A DNA stretch of 64,000 nucleotides from Candidatus Latescibacterota bacterium. GTDB lineage: Bacteria; Latescibacterota; UBA2968; UBA8231. The notes under the pieces are model-generated. The model searched no databases. It was given only the letters and a program-made list of their open reading frames with translations, and was not told where the DNA came from. The stretch is taken from the NCBI GenBank assembly GCA_965204725.1, contig OZ242005.1:4160001-4224000 (forward strand), read 5' to 3'. Below, piece after piece: positions 1-9,570 of this stretch. The stretch's first letter is position 1; each line of letters starts with the position of its first letter. Made by a program: the position numbers and the translations under genes.

Positions 1-26
1 ACGAGTTGGAGGAGGTGATCCTTCAT
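1..26 (-). CDS. 5' start of probable AbiEii-family nucleotidyltransferase toxin (runs off window)
   Basis: ATG at 26-24 (MKDHLLQL...) overlaps the TGA of the AbiEi-like gene in an ATGA arrangement; identity inferred only from the partner gene. Confidence 0.4.
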
Positions 27-661
27 AGCGTCTCATAGCCCAACATCGCGTCTCGGGCCAGTGCGCGAATGCGCCGGGCGGCCCGCAGCAGTTTGGGACG
101 AGCGGCGATGGCCGCTAGGCGATCCAGCTCCTTTAGGTCAAAGGCCCCCAAGTCGAGGCGCAGTTCGTTGATATAAGCCGGTGCATCGCCCTGCGGCTGT
201 AGATAGATCAAATCGAGCAGGGCCTTTTCCGGCGCGGCGACAAAAGCCGACTGGCCCCGAGCCAACTCTACCTGTTGGTACCCGTAGAGCAGATCGGTCT
301 TGAGATGGCGAAAGGAAAAGCGCCCTAGCGGCGTCTGGCGGAGTTGGGGACGCTCGGCTGTCGCGCTGGTCACTTCCGGCACGTACTCGGGAATCATACC
401 GGCGTGTGCCAACGCCGACAAACCACTGACATAAGAGCCGCGCACTAGGCGATTGGCAACGAGGAAGGGATGGGGCGCGACTTGGCGATAGGGAGGAGCT
501 AGCGCATAAAGCCCGCGCCGCAGTTGGTACAGCTGTCCGGCTTGGGTCCAGCGCACGAGTTGTCGCCGCATAGCACTCGGGTTTACGGCCCCGGCCAAGA
601 GCAGGCCGGTTTCAAATAGCGGCTCATCAGCGACAATGGCGAGTAACTGATCGAATTTCAC
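23..661 (-). CDS. AbiEi-like type IV toxin-antitoxin antitoxin / transcriptional regulator
   Basis: N-terminal wHTH-like LVRWTQAGQLYQLRRGLY, SYVSGLSALAHAGMIPE and APEKALLDLIY are typical AbiEi segments. Confidence 0.8.
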   Translation of the reverse strand: MKFDQLLAIVADEPLFETGLLLAGAVNPSAMRRQLVRWTQAGQLYQLRRGLYALAPPYRQVAPHPFLVANRLVRGSYVSGLSALAHAGMIPEYVPEVTSATAERPQLRQTPLGRFSFRHLKTDLLYGYQQVELARGQSAFVAAPEKALLDLIYLQPQGDAPAYINELRLDLGAFDLKELDRLAAIAARPKLLRAARRIRALARDAMLGYETL

Positions 662-681
662 AACAACAATAGACCTTTAAT

Positions 682-705
682 GGCAACTTATTGTAATAAA
701 ATGCC
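682..705. promoter_or_regulatory. Imperfect inverted repeat upstream of abiEi-like gene, possible autoregulatory operator
   Basis: GGCA-ac-TTATTgtAATAA-aa-TGCC in the AT-rich region 20-45 bp upstream of the start. Confidence 0.3.
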
Positions 706-709
706 GCCA

Positions 710-746
710 CGGCGAGTGCTTGGCAACGAGCACCCCGCCGCTTTTT
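710..746 (+). terminator. Hairpin followed by T-run
   Basis: CGGCG.GTGCT ... AGCAC..CGCCG then CTTTTT. Confidence 0.3.
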
Positions 747-828
747 AACAGTAATGTTGGGCAGTAGCCAGAATTTTCGTATATACCAAGCAAAAGGGAA
801 ATGGCCCGCCGCTTAGATGGGAACTTCC

Positions 829-936
829 ATGGATTCTTCTTGTTTGCAGTACGCGCTGACCGAGGCTGAAAGCCTAGAATTCACACGGCGCGGCGTCGGC
901 CCCCGCGCTCGGCTGATCCGCGAGGCCGCGGCCTAA
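829..936 (+). pseudogene. 35-codon remnant, probably an internally deleted PhyH-family gene
   Basis: MDSSCLQYALTEAESLEFTRRGVGPRARLIREAAA*; LTxxExxxFxxxG resembles PhyH N-termini (compare LMTPEQRYFFDLTGY at 1955-2827); TAA overlaps the next ATG (TAATG). Confidence 0.5.
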
Positions 937-1934
937 TGCGGGCTTTGGTAACTGGCGGCACCGGCTTTGTCGGCGGAGCTTTGGTCCGCGCCCTCGTGGC
1001 TGATGGCGCACAAATCCGGGTGCTGGCGCGGCCCACCAGTCAGACTAAGGCACTGGAGAGTTTGGGCGTCGAGATCGTCCGCGGCGACATTCTCGTCCGT
1101 GCGAGCATTGAAGCCGCGCTCGAAGGGTGCGATACTCTCTTCCACGCCGCGGCACTCTACGACTTATGGGGGTTGGACGAGGCCGAACTTTTGGCCACGG
1201 AAACCGAGGGGACCCGCAATGCCATGGCCGCGGCGTTGGCGGCCGGCGTCGCCAAGGTCGTCTATACCAGCACTGCCGTCTGTATTGGCGAGGCCAAAGG
1301 CCAAGTCGCCACCGAGGCAACGGCTCATCGCGGCTACTTTCTCTCCAGTTATGAAAAAGCCAAACGCGCTGCCGAGCAGGTGGCGTTCGCGTATGCGGAA
1401 AAAGGGGTGCCGCTCATCTGCGTCCAGCCCGCTGCCATCTACGGTCCAGGCGATCGCAAGCCCACCGGGCGCTTTATCCTCAACCTACTCAACGGTCGGG
1501 TCCCCGCGCTCTTTCCCGGCAGGGTGAGCTTAGTGTACATCGACGACGCGGCTCGGGGGCACGTGCTGGCGGCTGAAAAGGGCCGGGTGGGGGAACGCTA
1601 TATACTCGCGGGCACGGTTGGCAAATTGACCGAACTCGGCCGACTGGTCTGTCGGTTAGCTGGGCGCTGGGTGCCGCCGACCATTCCCACTCCGCTGGCC
1701 GCACCCTACGCGCTCGGCGGCGAGGCCCTTTCGCGCCTGACCCGCCGACCGCCGGTCCTGTCTTGGGAAACCTACCGCCTCATCGCCCACGGCTTCTGCG
1801 CCGACGGAAGCCGGGCCACTGCTGAGTTGGGTCTGGCCTATACGCCCCAAGAGGAAGGGTTGACGCGGACGATCCATTGGTGCTGGGAGCAGGGCTTGCT
1901 TAGACGCCGACCAGCCTGCATCCGCGATCCGTAG
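936..1934 (+). CDS. NAD-dependent epimerase/dehydratase, HpnA/dihydroflavonol-reductase-like extended SDR
   Basis: TGGTGFVG Rossmann motif, FHAAA, YTST, YEKAK (YxxxK), IYGPGD. Confidence 0.9.
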   Translation: MRALVTGGTGFVGGALVRALVADGAQIRVLARPTSQTKALESLGVEIVRGDILVRASIEAALEGCDTLFHAAALYDLWGLDEAELLATETEGTRNAMAAALAAGVAKVVYTSTAVCIGEAKGQVATEATAHRGYFLSSYEKAKRAAEQVAFAYAEKGVPLICVQPAAIYGPGDRKPTGRFILNLLNGRVPALFPGRVSLVYIDDAARGHVLAAEKGRVGERYILAGTVGKLTELGRLVCRLAGRWVPPTIPTPLAAPYALGGEALSRLTRRPPVLSWETYRLIAHGFCADGSRATAELGLAYTPQEEGLTRTIHWCWEQGLLRRRPACIRDP

Positions 1935-1954
1935 TTGGGTTTCTCGCTCGTCCA

Positions 1955-2827
1955 TTAGGTACTCCCTCCGACACCCTCTCGTTCGACAATGCTTTTGATT
2001 GTTGGGAAGGGGGCCACTTCGATCAGTTCGAGCGTCTCGGGCGACAGCCGCGCCTTTACGCCCTCGGGCAAAGGATTGGAAGAGGGAATGTGCTGGCTGC
2101 AATAGCGCAGGGTCAAAAAGCGGCGCTGGCGGTCTTTGGGCTGCCAAGAAAGGGCACCGTGGACGACCAACTCGGAAATGACGACCACGTCCCCAGCCTT
2201 GGGGTTGAAATTGGCCACGCCCTCGGGGACCTCGGTCGAGTTGTAGGAGTCGTTGTACGTGCCATCCTTATAGCTGCCCGGGTAGAACATTTCCAGCGGG
2301 CGGGAGAAGTTGGCCTTGTGCGAGCCGGGCAGGACGATGAGACCGCCGTCGCCCGGCTGTACATCCGTTAGGTAAAAGAAAAAGACCAAGTCGTTGCAGG
2401 AAATGCGGCCGTTGTGGACTTGGTAGCGACGCCAGCCCGGCACGGCAGCCCGCAGCGAACTCTCGTGGCCGGAGTGCAGGGGGTGAAAGGGTTTGCCGTG
2501 GAAATCGACCATCATATTGCCGCCGCTGAGCCGCGGCCGATCATCGAGCAATTCTTTGATGATCGGCCAAGTCACCGGGTGCATGGTCAGGGCTTCAAGG
2601 GCTTTGTCAAAGGCAAAGGCGTGCAAATACCAGTTGAAGTGGCCGCGCTCAAGGTTGATCGCAAAGCCGTCGGGCACTTGCTCGGGGGGTGTGTCGATAT
2701 AGCGCTGCGCCGCCTCTTGGGCCTTTTGTAACGCTGCGCCTTGGAGTACTCCTTCGAGGTGCAGGTAGCCGGTCAAATCGAAGAAGTAGCGCTGTTCGGG
2801 GGTCATAAGTGCGTTCATTGCAGACAT
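1955..2827 (-). CDS. Phytanoyl-CoA dioxygenase (PhyH) family Fe(II)/2OG oxygenase
   Basis: FDLTGYL, LHSG, FYLTDV..GDGGLIVLPGSHK, AGDVVV..E.VVHG, RR. Confidence 0.85.
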   Translation of the reverse strand: MSAMNALMTPEQRYFFDLTGYLHLEGVLQGAALQKAQEAAQRYIDTPPEQVPDGFAINLERGHFNWYLHAFAFDKALEALTMHPVTWPIIKELLDDRPRLSGGNMMVDFHGKPFHPLHSGHESSLRAAVPGWRRYQVHNGRISCNDLVFFFYLTDVQPGDGGLIVLPGSHKANFSRPLEMFYPGSYKDGTYNDSYNSTEVPEGVANFNPKAGDVVVISELVVHGALSWQPKDRQRRFLTLRYCSQHIPSSNPLPEGVKARLSPETLELIEVAPFPTIKSIVEREGVGGST

Positions 2828-2837
2828 CTCCTAACGT

Positions 2838-3127
2838 TTAGATGAACCTAGACGTGATTTGCCCCACGAGTGCCTCGCCCCGCACGTAGCGGTCGAGGTT
2901 GGCGGCGGCCAAGTGCGCCCGCTTGCGCGAGGTGCCGTCGCGCCTCTCCGTAGCGGTGGGCGCACATGAGGATGAACATCATGGCACTCTGGGTCAACGC
3001 CACGCTGCCGAGCCGCCCGGGGCAATGGGCGAGCAACAGCCCGGCGTTGAGAGTCCCCTCGACATCGACGTGGTCGAGGCCGGTGGTCTGGACTTGGAGG
3101 AATTTGGTCCTTGATGCGGTTGTGCAT
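2838..3127 (-). pseudogene. Collapsed D-isomer-specific 2-hydroxyacid dehydrogenase
   Basis: RBS AGGAG plus ATG; one frame gives KFLQVQTTGLDHVDVEGTLNAGLLLAHCPGRLGSVALTQSAMMFILMCAHRY, another gives the C-terminus DGTSRKRAHLAAANLDRYVRGEALVGQITSRFI*; the nucleotide-binding domain is missing. Confidence 0.7.
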
Positions 3128-3135
3128 GTCGTCTC

Positions 3136-5028
3136 CTAACTCCACGGCCGGGCATAAGAGGGCTTGTTGACGAAACGCTCCATTCCCAAGTCGAGCCGAA
3201 TTGCCGCGCCCGCTTGGAGGCAGACGGTGAAGTGGCGATCCTGTACGGCGACCGTTTTGTCCACTAGCTGCCCCTGCACGGTCTGCTGATATTGGGCGGC
3301 GTGTGCATGCCCCAAGCCGGCCTCTTCAGCCGCGATGGCCCGGCGCTGCTGGTAGGCAACGCGGGTGAAGCGGTGCTCGCCAAAAGCACCGGCCTGTAGC
3401 AAGACCTCGCGCCCCTGAGTCGGGTGCAGGTTGACCAAGTGCAGGACGGCCCGCTCGGCGGCGAGCGACTCCACCAAGGCGGCCACGTCTGGCGGCAAGC
3501 CCGGCCGGCCGCGTTGCGGGTCGAAGTAGCGCAGGCGGGCCATGAGCAGGCCGCCGTTGTACATAAAGAGCGGGGCACCCATCGTCAACTGCACCAAGCC
3601 CTCAACGGTGATGGGGTTGCGGACTTGCAAATATGCGTCGCTGTACGTAGAAGGGTCTTGCTGGTCGTCGCGCATAAAGGCCAAGCGCTGATATACTTGC
3701 GCGTGGTTGTGTCGCAGGATATCTACCGGATATTCCGGGTATTCGCCTGCGAGATATGCGGTCCAAGCGGCTTCGTGGCCGCCGCCGTGCTTGGAAAAGT
3801 GCGAGCGCACCTGCCGCCAGTTGTCGGGGTCGCGCTGCTGTTTGAGCCGCTCCCAGTCCTCTTGCTCCATGCTCATGCACCAGAGGTGGGTTGTGGGCTG
3901 GGCCTGCATGGGGCTGTAGCCATCCCAGCCTTTGTCGTGGTAGAAGTGCGGCGCGTACAGCGTCTGTCCCCTCATTTCCCCTTGCTGCATCAGCACGTCA
4001 ATTTGGGAGCGCGGAAAGTCCATGTAGCGCGCGTCGCCGGAGAGCAAGGTCGCGTTTTCAGCGGCCGCAATGCAGGCGTCGCTCAGGTGGTGCCAGCCGT
4101 GCGGCCAAGTCCAGCCATAGTAGCCGCCGTACCACTTGCCGTCGATGTACTCGCCGATTTGCCCCGAAAGGCCGACGTTGTCGGGCAGGATGCCGTTGTT
4201 TTGCCGGGTGCGCTCGACCCAAGCATGGGTGTATTCCTCGACCCAAGCTCGGTACTTGTCGTCGCCGCTGCACAGATAGGCGTTGGTCACCATGCTGGTA
4301 GCGGCGAGGTTGCAGGCCACATCGCCGCGGCTCATCCGCTCGACGAGGATTTGGCCCATCTTCTCTTCCATGCCCGGCTTTTGCAAATCCTCGACCATCT
4401 CAATGCCGGGAACGTCGTGAAACGGCAAGGGCCAAGGCTTCCACTGGGCGTAGCGATAGGCCGTGTAGTGCTTTGCAAAATTGCGGTGCGCCGGCCCCAT
4501 ACTGCCGTTGTGGGCGCAGCGGATGAGCTTTTTCTCCGCGTCGTAATTGGGGGCCGCTGGGTCTTCGTTGAGATAGAAACCCGCATAGCGCTGAGCGCGC
4601 TCGACGTTCTTTTCGTGCGTTGGATCGGCGAGGCATAGCAAATAAAAAAACAAGTACCCCTCGCCTTGGTGCATCCAGTCGTACCCTTGCTCGTATTCTT
4701 TGACGACCATGGGGTGGCCGTGGCCGGTGTCGTACCGAGAAAACTGCCGGGTGATCCCCTCCCAAGCGCGATGGGAGTATTCTAGAATGTGATCGCCGCC
4801 GCCGAGCAAATAAAAGAGCGGCCAGTTGTGAAAACTCTCGTACGCGTCGTCGAGGCCGTCAATGCCACTGAAGTCCTCGCTGGGCGGCCACATCACCGAG
4901 CCGTCTGGACGCACGTAGCGCTCCCAGAGCGGATGGACAGCGTCGTCCATTAGGTCGATTAGGCTGCGCTCGAGAACGGCCCATTGGGGCGGCTCGACAA
5001 AAGGTATGTTCCCTTCAACTCTTATCAT
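3136..5028 (-). CDS. Conserved hypothetical protein (~630 aa), possible (alpha/alpha)6-barrel enzyme
   Basis: GAGGAGG RBS before ATG 5028; W/Y/H/D/E-rich helical sequence (DDAYESFHNWPLFY, YDWMHQGEG, GKWYGGYYGWTWPHGW); no signal peptide. Confidence 0.7.
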   Translation of the reverse strand: MIRVEGNIPFVEPPQWAVLERSLIDLMDDAVHPLWERYVRPDGSVMWPPSEDFSGIDGLDDAYESFHNWPLFYLLGGGDHILEYSHRAWEGITRQFSRYDTGHGHPMVVKEYEQGYDWMHQGEGYLFFYLLCLADPTHEKNVERAQRYAGFYLNEDPAAPNYDAEKKLIRCAHNGSMGPAHRNFAKHYTAYRYAQWKPWPLPFHDVPGIEMVEDLQKPGMEEKMGQILVERMSRGDVACNLAATSMVTNAYLCSGDDKYRAWVEEYTHAWVERTRQNNGILPDNVGLSGQIGEYIDGKWYGGYYGWTWPHGWHHLSDACIAAAENATLLSGDARYMDFPRSQIDVLMQQGEMRGQTLYAPHFYHDKGWDGYSPMQAQPTTHLWCMSMEQEDWERLKQQRDPDNWRQVRSHFSKHGGGHEAAWTAYLAGEYPEYPVDILRHNHAQVYQRLAFMRDDQQDPSTYSDAYLQVRNPITVEGLVQLTMGAPLFMYNGGLLMARLRYFDPQRGRPGLPPDVAALVESLAAERAVLHLVNLHPTQGREVLLQAGAFGEHRFTRVAYQQRRAIAAEEAGLGHAHAAQYQQTVQGQLVDKTVAVQDRHFTVCLQAGAAIRLDLGMERFVNKPSYARPWS

Positions 5029-5038
5029 TTCAGCCTCC

Positions 5039-6718
5039 TCATGTTTGGCGGACGAGGGCCTCCACCTGTGTGCGGAAGACCTCAATTTGCGCCGCGTATT
5101 GGTGGCGCAATTGGATGATGAACTGCCCAAAGAGCCGCTCCTGCTTTTGGCGGCGAACCAACGCCCGGGCGCGGTGCTCGGCTTGCGCGAAGGGCCTCGG
5201 GGCGGCGTCGATCGTCGAATCGAGCAAGCGGAAAATGGCGTAGTACGGGCCGCTAATCGGCTCGGGGCTTAGCACCTCGGCCGCAGCGACCTCCAAGGCA
5301 ATAGGACCGATGAGGGCACCGATTTTTTGCCCTTGCGCCGCCTCAAAGAGCGGGACGAACTGTTGCTTCTCCCAAGGATGCAGGTGAAACTCGCCTTGGT
5401 TCGCTCGGCCGCGCCGGCGCAGGGTGTGCTCGGCCGCGAGTGCGCCCAAGTTGCCGCCGCGCTCCACTTCCTCGCGCAACGCGAGTGCCTCCTCCTCGGT
5501 GCGGAGCAAAACCTCCTGCACGGTGATCGATTCGAGGGGGCGGAAAAGGTCTGGGTGGCGGTCGTAGAACGCACGAGCTTCTTCGCGGCTGGCGAAGACG
5601 CCATCAACCACGTCCCGACGCATGGCCACCAGCAGGTTGGACAGCCACCGCCTTTGAAACCAAGCCACCACTTCTTCTTCGCGGTCAATGCCTGCGGTAT
5701 GTGCGCCGGCCAAGAGCAGGGCGCGCGGCTCGACGATGTCATTGACGAACCAGTCGAACCGCTCGGGCGCGTCTGCTGGGAAGCCGACGCCTAGCGCACG
5801 GGCAAAATCGAGCAGGTCGCCGATGGTAAAGACGCCGCTCGCGTGCTCGTAGATAGGCTGCTCGCGCTCGGCCGCAGAAAACGCCTTCGCACCCTGCCCG
5901 ACGCGCCCGCGCACTCGCTCCAAGGCTTGCGCGTGAATCGCAAAATCGAGTTCCTGCCGCAAGCGGGCCGACAGTGCCTGCACGGCTGGCGGCAGCTTCT
6001 CCTTGAGCAACTCGGCCTCAATGACCGACTGTACAACCGAGAGCGCGACCGGTCTTTCGGCTGTCACCTCGTACACGCCGAATTGGTCGTTGAAGAACAC
6101 CGGCTCCGAGAACTGACCCGGTTCCAGCGGAAAGACTTCCTCCTGCAAGATGCGTGGATACAACTCGTCCTTGAGTAGGGAGCGCCCCCTCTCTAGCCGG
6201 GTCTCGGCGAGCAAGTTGCGGTCGGCATAGAGGTCAAAGTCGGCACCGCGCTCCAAGGCCGCCTTGATTGCGTACGCCTCTTGTCGCGTAGCTACGACGA
6301 TGCGCCGCACCTGCACGGCGCGATCTCGCCCTGTCTTTTGCTGGTGGGCCAGCATTTCCTCTTGCGTGTGGACGATCTTGTCGTGGACCTCTAGCTGCAA
6401 AAAACGGCGCAAGACGCGATCGCTATGTAGTTTGTCCATCTTGCGGCGGAAGTCGGCGCGCTGGTCGAGGCCCCGCTTTTTGGCCTCTAAGACCATGAGC
6501 TCCTTGTCGATCATGGTCTGCAAGTAGTCGAAATAGGCGTCAGCACCCGTCTTTTTGCTCCGCAGATCGGGGTGTAGCCTTTCTTCAAACTCCAGCAGTT
6601 GGGGAACGTCAATTTCCACCTCGCCGACTCGGGCCACCACCAAATCCTCGGTGGGTGGCCCGCAGGTCCATAAAACGAGGAGCCACAGCCAATATGCCGC
6701 CTGTTTCGCTCTACTCAC
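5039..6718 (-). CDS. SurA/PrsA-like foldase with two PpiC (parvulin) domains, probable lipoprotein
   Basis: Hydrophobic N-terminus ending WTC; VVARVG, YLQTMIDKELMVLEAKKRGLD; two parvulin-like repeats (VRRIVVATRQEA..IKAALERGADF; VQEVLLRTEEEA..LREEVERGGNLGALAAEHT). Confidence 0.8.
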   Translation of the reverse strand: MSRAKQAAYWLWLLVLWTCGPPTEDLVVARVGEVEIDVPQLLEFEERLHPDLRSKKTGADAYFDYLQTMIDKELMVLEAKKRGLDQRADFRRKMDKLHSDRVLRRFLQLEVHDKIVHTQEEMLAHQQKTGRDRAVQVRRIVVATRQEAYAIKAALERGADFDLYADRNLLAETRLERGRSLLKDELYPRILQEEVFPLEPGQFSEPVFFNDQFGVYEVTAERPVALSVVQSVIEAELLKEKLPPAVQALSARLRQELDFAIHAQALERVRGRVGQGAKAFSAAEREQPIYEHASGVFTIGDLLDFARALGVGFPADAPERFDWFVNDIVEPRALLLAGAHTAGIDREEEVVAWFQRRWLSNLLVAMRRDVVDGVFASREEARAFYDRHPDLFRPLESITVQEVLLRTEEEALALREEVERGGNLGALAAEHTLRRRGRANQGEFHLHPWEKQQFVPLFEAAQGQKIGALIGPIALEVAAAEVLSPEPISGPYYAIFRLLDSTIDAAPRPFAQAEHRARALVRRQKQERLFGQFIIQLRHQYAAQIEVFRTQVEALVRQT

Positions 6719-9566
6719 TAAGCCCTGCTTGTATGGTGACAAACGTCAAACCACTGGTTTCGGTCCTGGCCCTCTGCGCGGCGCGCTCGATCTGCCGCTT
6801 GTCGATGCGAAGCCCCACTTGCGACATCAGCTTATAGCCCAAGTACGAGGTCGTATTGGACAATTGCACGGCCAAGGACGTCTCGTCGTAGTCCCCGGTG
6901 GGATCGTCCGGGGTGACGGCACTCTCGTCCACGACCAAGTCGCGGAAGCGCAAGTACTCCGCGCCGAGTTGTATGACCGAGCGTTTCATAAAGGGCACCT
7001 TGACCAGTACCGAGGCCAGTACGCTCCAATCGCGCCGCTCGGCCATGGGAGCCCCGAGCTGCCGCTCGACATTGAACGGGGTGTCGTCCATGAACAGCTC
7101 TTGCTTGAGGCGCGGCAACGCGGTTATGCGGCCCAGATGCACTGGGTACTCGGCCTTGTTGATCAGCCCCAAGCGCCGCGCATTGCGTTGCAAGGGGCGG
7201 CCATCGCGGTCAACGGCATCTTCTCGCCGCTGCTGTATGAATTCGTACAGCAGCTTGCCCTCGCCGGCAAAGCCAGCGCGGCGACCCTCAGCCCCTATCC
7301 ACAGCTTGTTGACCAAGGCGTCGCCCATGCCCAGCGGATCGCGAATGGCGATCATGTTGCCCGAGGAATTGCTCGGGCGACCGAGCACGGGGCGCGGTTG
7401 AATCCACTGGACCAAGTCTTCGGCGATCGCGTCGGCCACCCACTTGAACGAATTATACGCCGTCAGTGTGCCCAATCCGGCAAAGCTCTGCTCGTACGCA
7501 AGCAAGGCATAGTACGTGCGGTTGCACGCCCCGGTCGTCGGCTCGCGCTCCCACACCTGCCCAGTCGTCAGCTTGAGCTCGGGCCGGAGGTCCGCGCTCA
7601 GATAGGCGTTGTACCCGCGCCGGTCGCGCTTGTAGGGGTAGTCGGGCTCATCGTCGTTTTCAAAGCGGTCGCCCCAGCCATTGTTGTTCAAGTCGAGGGC
7701 AAAAAGGTACTCGGGCCGATCGACATTGTAGCGGAGAAAAGGCTCTTCGTAGTCGGGCAGGAAATTGGGACGCTCGCGCAGATCGTTTTGATTGAAGTCG
7801 GAAATGAAGTCGTTGTTCTCGTCGAGACCCGGAAAGACCGCGTCGTCGGCAAAGCCCTCAAAGGTGCGGGCGCGGAGGCCGCGCTGGTCGGCGGTGCGCC
7901 CGTCGTCGAAGCGGCGCTTTTGGTCGTTGATGCGGTCGTTGTCGTCGTTGTCATCGACAAAGTCGTACCCGTGCCGCGACCGCGCTTCGGCGTCGTTGGA
8001 CCAATCCACCCGGCCGCTGCTATCGACAAAGCGCGGGCTCGTGTTGTACTCGGCATCTAGGCCGAATGCCTCGCCAAAAAAGAAAAACGGGGCAAAGCGA
8101 CGCGAGACATTGAGCATCCAGCCGAGGGCCGCGCGATCGCCGCCAATGCCCGAGGACGCCTTGTGCGTATCCCGCGTCCGCGTCGGGTACTGGGTGAATT
8201 GGTGGTTGACGTTGAATTCGCCATACACGCGGAAGCCAGCCCAATCGTCGGCCTGTAGCGTCAGCCCGGCCACCTGCGTCGCCGTCGGCAGCCCGTAGTC
8301 AAAGACGACCGTGCGCTGGTTGGAGTTGTCCCAGACGTTGCCCTCGGCTCGGGCGACGGTGCGAAACTGCGGCTGCTCGCCGCTGGGGTTGTTGTCGGTC
8401 TGGCGGTTGGACGTGACTTCTACCTTGTAGTCGTTGCCCAACACCAAGCGGAAGCGCACCCGGCTGATTTGGTTGACCAAGTCCGCGCTCGGCACTGCCG
8501 CCTCTAGGTCCAAGACCGCTGGATCGTCGTCGGAAAACACGTATTCGAGCAAGATCTGGCTCGCCTCGCCCCGGCCCTCGGCCGTCAGAAAACCACCCCG
8601 CTCAATGCCGCCGACGATGCGCGGCGCGAAGCCAATCTGGCTGCCAATCAGCAGGGTGTCGCGCTCGCCGATCCGCGTTTCAATTTCAATGTCGCTGCTA
8701 AACAGCACGGCCCCACCGCCCCCGTCTGCGGGCGAGTCGTCGGTCAGCCGCACCACGATGCGGTCGATGCGTCCGTCTAGCTGGCCGCTGGTCAGCTTGC
8801 CCTTGAGCGGGTGGCCTTCAAAGCGGTCGGAGGCGGTCCGGCCGTTGTGCGCGTTGAGAAAGGTGCCGCCGATCCTCGTCGTAGCACCCAAGTCCCAGAC
8901 CACGCGCCCGCCGACGAGGTTGGTGAAGTTGTCCTCTGTCACGGGAAAAGGGTCCGTGCGGAAAAGCGGCAGGTTGATCCGCGACATGAGCACGGTAGCC
9001 GTCAGGCGATCGGCCGCGTAGTTGAACATAACTCCATTATACGCGGTCTTGCGAAAGGTCATGGGCGTTAGCATGGCGAAGATCTCGTCGCCGATGAGCA
9101 CTGAGAAGTAGTGCTGGCCCTTGGCGTCGCCGGCAATGACCAAGTTGTTGAACCACGAACCGTATTGGCCAGCCTGCAAAATGCCCGAGCCGCCCGAGCC
9201 GATCGGCTGGACCTGACGCCAGTCGTAAATCAACCACCCCTTGTTCAAGAAGCGCCCGTAGAGGTCGTAGAAGTACCCGCCCTCCAAGGCGGGATCGAGG
9301 TAGCGCCGGTAGGGGTCGCGTGCGTAGTTGGTATAGCCCCACTGCCGGCGGTACTCGCCGGCAACTTCCGACGGCAGATACCACTTTTGCAATGAGGGAT
9401 AGACGGCCTCCATGCGGAGTCCCGTGCCGGCCGAATAGTAAATCGGCTGCCCCGCTTCGATGCGGCCCAAGCGGTGGCCGTAGTCCTCGCGTTGGGCGTT
9501 GAGCGGCGCGGCCCAGAGTAGCGCGACCGAGCAGAGCGCACCGACGCGGCGCAAGCGGGCGTTCAT
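6711..9566 (-). CDS. Large secreted/outer-membrane hypothetical protein B (951 aa), predicted beta-barrel with acidic Ca-binding-like loops
   Basis: Signal peptide; paralog of 9571-12327; DDNDDND, DENNDFISDFNQND, DLNNNGWGDRFENDD; alternating strands at the C-terminus ending TFVTIQAGLSE. Confidence 0.75.
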   Translation of the reverse strand: MNARLRRVGALCSVALLWAAPLNAQREDYGHRLGRIEAGQPIYYSAGTGLRMEAVYPSLQKWYLPSEVAGEYRRQWGYTNYARDPYRRYLDPALEGGYFYDLYGRFLNKGWLIYDWRQVQPIGSGGSGILQAGQYGSWFNNLVIAGDAKGQHYFSVLIGDEIFAMLTPMTFRKTAYNGVMFNYAADRLTATVLMSRINLPLFRTDPFPVTEDNFTNLVGGRVVWDLGATTRIGGTFLNAHNGRTASDRFEGHPLKGKLTSGQLDGRIDRIVVRLTDDSPADGGGGAVLFSSDIEIETRIGERDTLLIGSQIGFAPRIVGGIERGGFLTAEGRGEASQILLEYVFSDDDPAVLDLEAAVPSADLVNQISRVRFRLVLGNDYKVEVTSNRQTDNNPSGEQPQFRTVARAEGNVWDNSNQRTVVFDYGLPTATQVAGLTLQADDWAGFRVYGEFNVNHQFTQYPTRTRDTHKASSGIGGDRAALGWMLNVSRRFAPFFFFGEAFGLDAEYNTSPRFVDSSGRVDWSNDAEARSRHGYDFVDDNDDNDRINDQKRRFDDGRTADQRGLRARTFEGFADDAVFPGLDENNDFISDFNQNDLRERPNFLPDYEEPFLRYNVDRPEYLFALDLNNNGWGDRFENDDEPDYPYKRDRRGYNAYLSADLRPELKLTTGQVWEREPTTGACNRTYYALLAYEQSFAGLGTLTAYNSFKWVADAIAEDLVQWIQPRPVLGRPSNSSGNMIAIRDPLGMGDALVNKLWIGAEGRRAGFAGEGKLLYEFIQQRREDAVDRDGRPLQRNARRLGLINKAEYPVHLGRITALPRLKQELFMDDTPFNVERQLGAPMAERRDWSVLASVLVKVPFMKRSVIQLGAEYLRFRDLVVDESAVTPDDPTGDYDETSLAVQLSNTTSYLGYKLMSQVGLRIDKRQIERAAQRARTETSGLTFVTIQAGLSE

Positions 9567-9570
9567 GCCG

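Noticed and set aside
3424-8298. Long plus-strand ORFs (3424-4638, 6555-8060, 7792-8298)
   Set aside because: Antisense shadows of well-supported minus-strand genes in GC-rich DNA; no motifs
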